Assembly: GCA_964016885.1 (NCBI GenBank)
Contig: OZ024749.1
Coordinates: 37,014,001 to 37,078,000, forward strand
Reading direction: 5' to 3'
DNA from: Eledone cirrhosa
Taxonomy: Eukaryota
DNA length: 64,000 bases
Shown here one piece after another: positions 59,499-64,000 of the stretch (positions are counted from its first letter, which is position 1; every line of letters starts with the position of its first letter). Below the pieces are notes generated by a model. It was not told where the DNA came from. It saw only the letters and a list, made by a program, of their open reading frames with translations, and did no database searches. The translations under genes were made by a program, and so were the position numbers.

Positions 59499-59586
59499 GC
59501 ATATTCCAACGGTTTCGATATCGATCAGCTCGGGTTCGATCAGGCAATCGGATTCCGATCCTTTATCGACGCCTCCTCATATATGC
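59499..59586 (-). ncRNA. decayed hammerhead with 57-nt stem II domain
   Basis: Minus strand GCATAT-ATGAGGA-GGCGTCGAT...ATCGATATC-GAAAC-C GTT G-GA-ATATGC; two core lesions. Confidence 0.55.
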
Positions 59587-59655
59587 AAGTTTAGATGGGT
59601 GATCCCATTCAAATAACATACGCACACACATACACACACACATCTATCTATCTAT

Positions 59656-59740
<85 letters not shown>

Positions 59741-59743
59741 ATG

Positions 59744-59814
<71 letters not shown>

Positions 59815-59817
59815 ATG

Positions 59818-59850
<33 letters not shown>

Positions 59851-59977
59851 ATATATATATATGAAATATCTATGATCGTCGGCAAATCACTGATGAGGGA
59901 CTTATTTTAATACATGTTATCCATGTGCAACCAGCAGTATTCTTCTCCCCATTTTTTCATATATATATATATATATA

Positions 59978-60495
59978 CTAGAATTACCCGCGCCTTCTTG
60001 CGCTTCACACATTTTTTTTTTTAAAGAAAATGATGATTGATTTTAAATCAGTGATATAATTTATGGAGAAAAACTCTGCATTTCAATATTACTCAATGTA
60101 AAATATAATGCATGAAAAATTGGAAAACATTATTTTTTGTAATATATCAAATCAAAATTACATTATTAAATCTTATTCTTATTTTGTTTCTTGTAAATTA
60201 TTTTTTTCAAAATATCAATTCAAAACTTTTGTGAATAGGCATCATATCTTGTCATTTACCTATGGTTTAAATTTCATATAAATCGAAGGGAAAAAAGTTT
60301 TAGCGGGGGTTTTCAGCGGGGGTTTGTGCCCCGGGGAACCCTTTGATTAAAATGAAATATACTTATCCAAGTACCCTGGGCAATGTAGTTTCAGAATATA
60401 TATGGTTATGGGGGGGTGGGGGGGCTATCTCCAAAACCATAGGAGGAGTTCGTGCACAAACAAACAAACAAACAGACAGGAACTACAACCTTATA
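59978..60495 (-). mobile_element. non-autonomous Helitron-like element
   Basis: Minus-strand 3' end GCGC AAGAAG GCGC hairpin, 8 nt, then CTAG|T; (TTTG/TCTG)n near the 5' end. Confidence 0.6.
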
Positions 60496-60496
60496 T

Positions 60497-60546
60497 GATT
60501 CTACAGGACTAGAACTGTTTCATTCCTTAGAAATCATCAGGAATCT
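60497..60546 (-). ncRNA. type I hammerhead ribozyme (family B, within fold-back 60497-60666)
   Basis: Minus strand GATTC-CTGATGA-T TTC TAAG GAA T-GAAAC-AG TTCTAGTC CT-GTA^GAATC. Confidence 0.82.
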
Positions 60547-60668
60547 AAATTCTAAAGAATGAAACAGTTCTAGTCCTGTAGAATCTCATCTATATTAAAA
60601 CTTTTATACTCTGCAATGTATTGAGTACCTTACTTACTGTGGTTACCTCCGATTCAACCCGGAATAAC

Positions 60669-60741
<73 letters not shown>

Positions 60742-60950
60742 TGTTTCAAAGAAGGTTTTAAGGCGAATTAGGAAATTATATTTATCTTGAGTAAGTGTCA
60801 CTAAATGTAGAAAATAACTATATTTTATATATAAACATTATTTTATCATTTATCATGCCTACCCACAAATTATTAATAATATATAATAAATAAAATGGTT
60901 AATTTATATATAATAAATAATATAATATACACTATGTATTAATAAATATA

Positions 60951-61127
60951 TACTGTATTTCCCGGCGTCGAAGAAGTTACTTTTTTCCTAAAATAATTCT
61001 AAAAAATCTACCATGCTTCCTGGAGGCTGAAGGTTGCATTTTTATATTTATTATTTTTTTCTTAATTTTTGGTTGTCAAAATTAGGGTGCGTCCTCGTGG
61101 ACGTCTTCGGCGCCGGGAAATACGGTA
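60951..61127. mobile_element. Tigger/pogo-type MITE
   Basis: TA-CTGTATTTCCCGGCGTCGAAGA ... TCTTCGGCGCCGGGAAATACGG-TA: TIRs with TA target duplication. Confidence 0.85.
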
Positions 61128-61377
61128 TCTTTTATTTTATTATATTTATGTATCATTTGATATTTAATGTACTATTATATCATCTCTACCGCACCTCTCC
61201 CACCCATCACCAGTCACTGGACATTTTCAACGCAGTGGTGCCCCCTTTGGGAACTTCTGATCTATTCATTTGGATCAGCAGAGACATAAAATGTATAAAA
61301 CTACATAAATTTGGGAGAGGAACATCTCCTATGTAGATTTTGCTATTGGTATTAGGGTGTCATACTACTAACTGAGT

Positions 61378-61520
<143 letters not shown>

Positions 61521-61659
61521 ATGCATAAACGGCTTCAATAGAACGATTTGGTTAAGTGATATTGTGTTCAGCCCTGTTACCAAACCACAACATCACACTG
61601 AATAAAGTGTATAAATAACATATCTCTTCATTGATAATAGTATATATATACACGCACAC

Positions 61660-61747
<88 letters not shown>

Positions 61748-61796
61748 ATGTATATATATACTATTATCAATGAAGAGATATGTATATATATATGTG

Positions 61797-61863
<67 letters not shown>

Positions 61864-61935
61864 TTACAAACATATATACATATATATATACTACATATAT
61901 ATATGTGTGTGTGTGCGCGTGTGTATATATATGTA

Positions 61936-62023
<88 letters not shown>

Positions 62024-62451
62024 ATATTAATATATGCATATATGTATATATATATATATATATTTATGTAGGTGTGTGTGCATAATGTGTATATACATAT
62101 ACACACACATACACACACATATAGACACAGGCAGACACAGATTCTCATTGACACAATACATGGGTTGATAATGAGGGTTATCTTACAAGTGGTAAGACCA
62201 TTAGGGTTAGGGTCTCGTCAGCAACAACCACACACATATACTACACATATGCACATTTACACACATGCACACTTACACACATACACACATGCACACTTAC
62301 ACACATACACACAAACATAATCTCTCCCTTTCTCTCTATTACACACTTTCTCAATTTTATATAGAAAGGAAGGGACATACATATACATATATGCATGTAT
62401 ATATCTATACATACTTACATATGTTCTCCCCCACCATATATATATACACAT

Positions 62452-62911
<460 letters not shown>

Positions 62912-62915
62912 ATAT

Positions 62916-62966
62916 AACCCGTGTTAAGAGTGAAAGCACCGATTCTTTGCTTAAACTTTAATCTCT

Positions 62967-62997
<31 letters not shown>

Positions 62998-63027
62998 GCG
63001 TATAGACAGACAGATATGCCTCCATAG

Positions 63028-63063
<36 letters not shown>

Positions 63064-63090
63064 GTATGGAGGCATATCTGTCTGTCTATA

Positions 63091-63162
<72 letters not shown>

Positions 63163-63258
63163 AGATTAAAGTTTAAGCAAAGAATCAGTGCTTTCACTCT
63201 TAACACGGGTTCTTCTGAAACTAAAAAAGTCAATCTGTGGACGCAGAAGTAAATATTT
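62916..63258. repeat. ~295-bp palindrome centred on (AT)n with a tail shared with 42235-42312
   Basis: 62916-63035 is the reverse complement of 63056-63211 apart from microsatellite length. Confidence 0.85.
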
Positions 63259-63297
63259 CAAAAAAAGTTGGATTTTAGTCTACAATTTTATTATTAT

Positions 63298-63340
<43 letters not shown>

Positions 63341-63609
63341 ATAACCGAGGTGTCCTACACGAGTGAAAGTATAAAGAAAAAATGATGAAATCGAAAATGC
63401 AACTGGAGTCTTATTTAAAAAAAAAATATATATATATATTTATATTTACATACATGTGTTTGTGAATGCGGGTGTATGTTTGTGTTCATGTGTGTGTGTC
63501 TGTGTATATATGTGTGTGTGTGTGTATGTTTATGTGTGTTTGTGTGTTTGTGTGTGTACTCACCCCTATTAAGGTTTATCTGTATTTTATCTTCTCCTGT
63601 TGACATTAG

Positions 63610-63826
63610 CCATGGTATGTTGCGCCTCTTACGGCAAATTAACAAATCACAATACTACTTACATATATCTATGTCTCTATATCATGTAGTATATATATAC
63701 ACCGACAATAACAAACAGATATATACCCAAATCACCATGGTATGTTGCCTACTTACATATATCTATGTCTCTATATCATGTAGTATATATACATCGACAA
63801 TAACAAACAGATATATACCCAAATCC
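63610..63826. repeat. local ~90-bp tandem duplication
   Basis: TACTTACATATATCTATGTCTCTATATCATGTAG...CGACAATAACAAACAGATATATACCCAAATC occurs twice. Confidence 0.85.
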
Positions 63827-64000
63827 CTCGGACCAATATGATAAATATATGGTTCTCTGTCTTTAAAATGTTCACTTCACTGTAATGTATTTTCCGGTTC
63901 AATCTTGACACCAAGCTGGCGAAATCCGGCCTCTGGTACTACGAGAGAAATCCGCTCAGTTTGAAGAGTTCCTATTTGTAATAATATCATCTAACGTAAT

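Noticed and set aside
59870-59900. SECIS element in family G (ATGA...AAA...GA)
   Set aside because: The helix between quartet and apical loop is too short and poorly paired, and there is no upstream ORF.

Overview
Eukaryotic, very AT-rich, non-coding-looking DNA, most likely an octopod cephalopod. That assignment is inferred from the tRNA-derived SINE family and the extreme (AT)n/(AC)n/(ATAC)n/(AG)n load. No host protein-coding gene can be supported, and nearly all listed ORFs are translations of microsatellites. The window holds about 25 copies of one SINE family, decayed LINE fragments (R4/Dong-like, Tx1/L1-like, RTE-like), a Tc1/mariner transposase relic, MITEs, Helitron-like elements, several minisatellites and a 200-N gap. 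The main hidden signal is in the short unique islands between (AT)n tracts. They repeatedly contain type I hammerhead ribozyme (HHR) folds: about 20 motifs read by eye, from more than 10 unrelated sequence families. Many sit in fold-back (inverted arm + tail) structures typical of Penelope-like element (PLE) termini. Several have a 35-62 nt stem II domain, two families use the U3-A8 core variant, paralogues show compensatory changes, and one copy has an insertion exactly at the predicted cleavage site. All structures were folded by eye; none was computed or tested.
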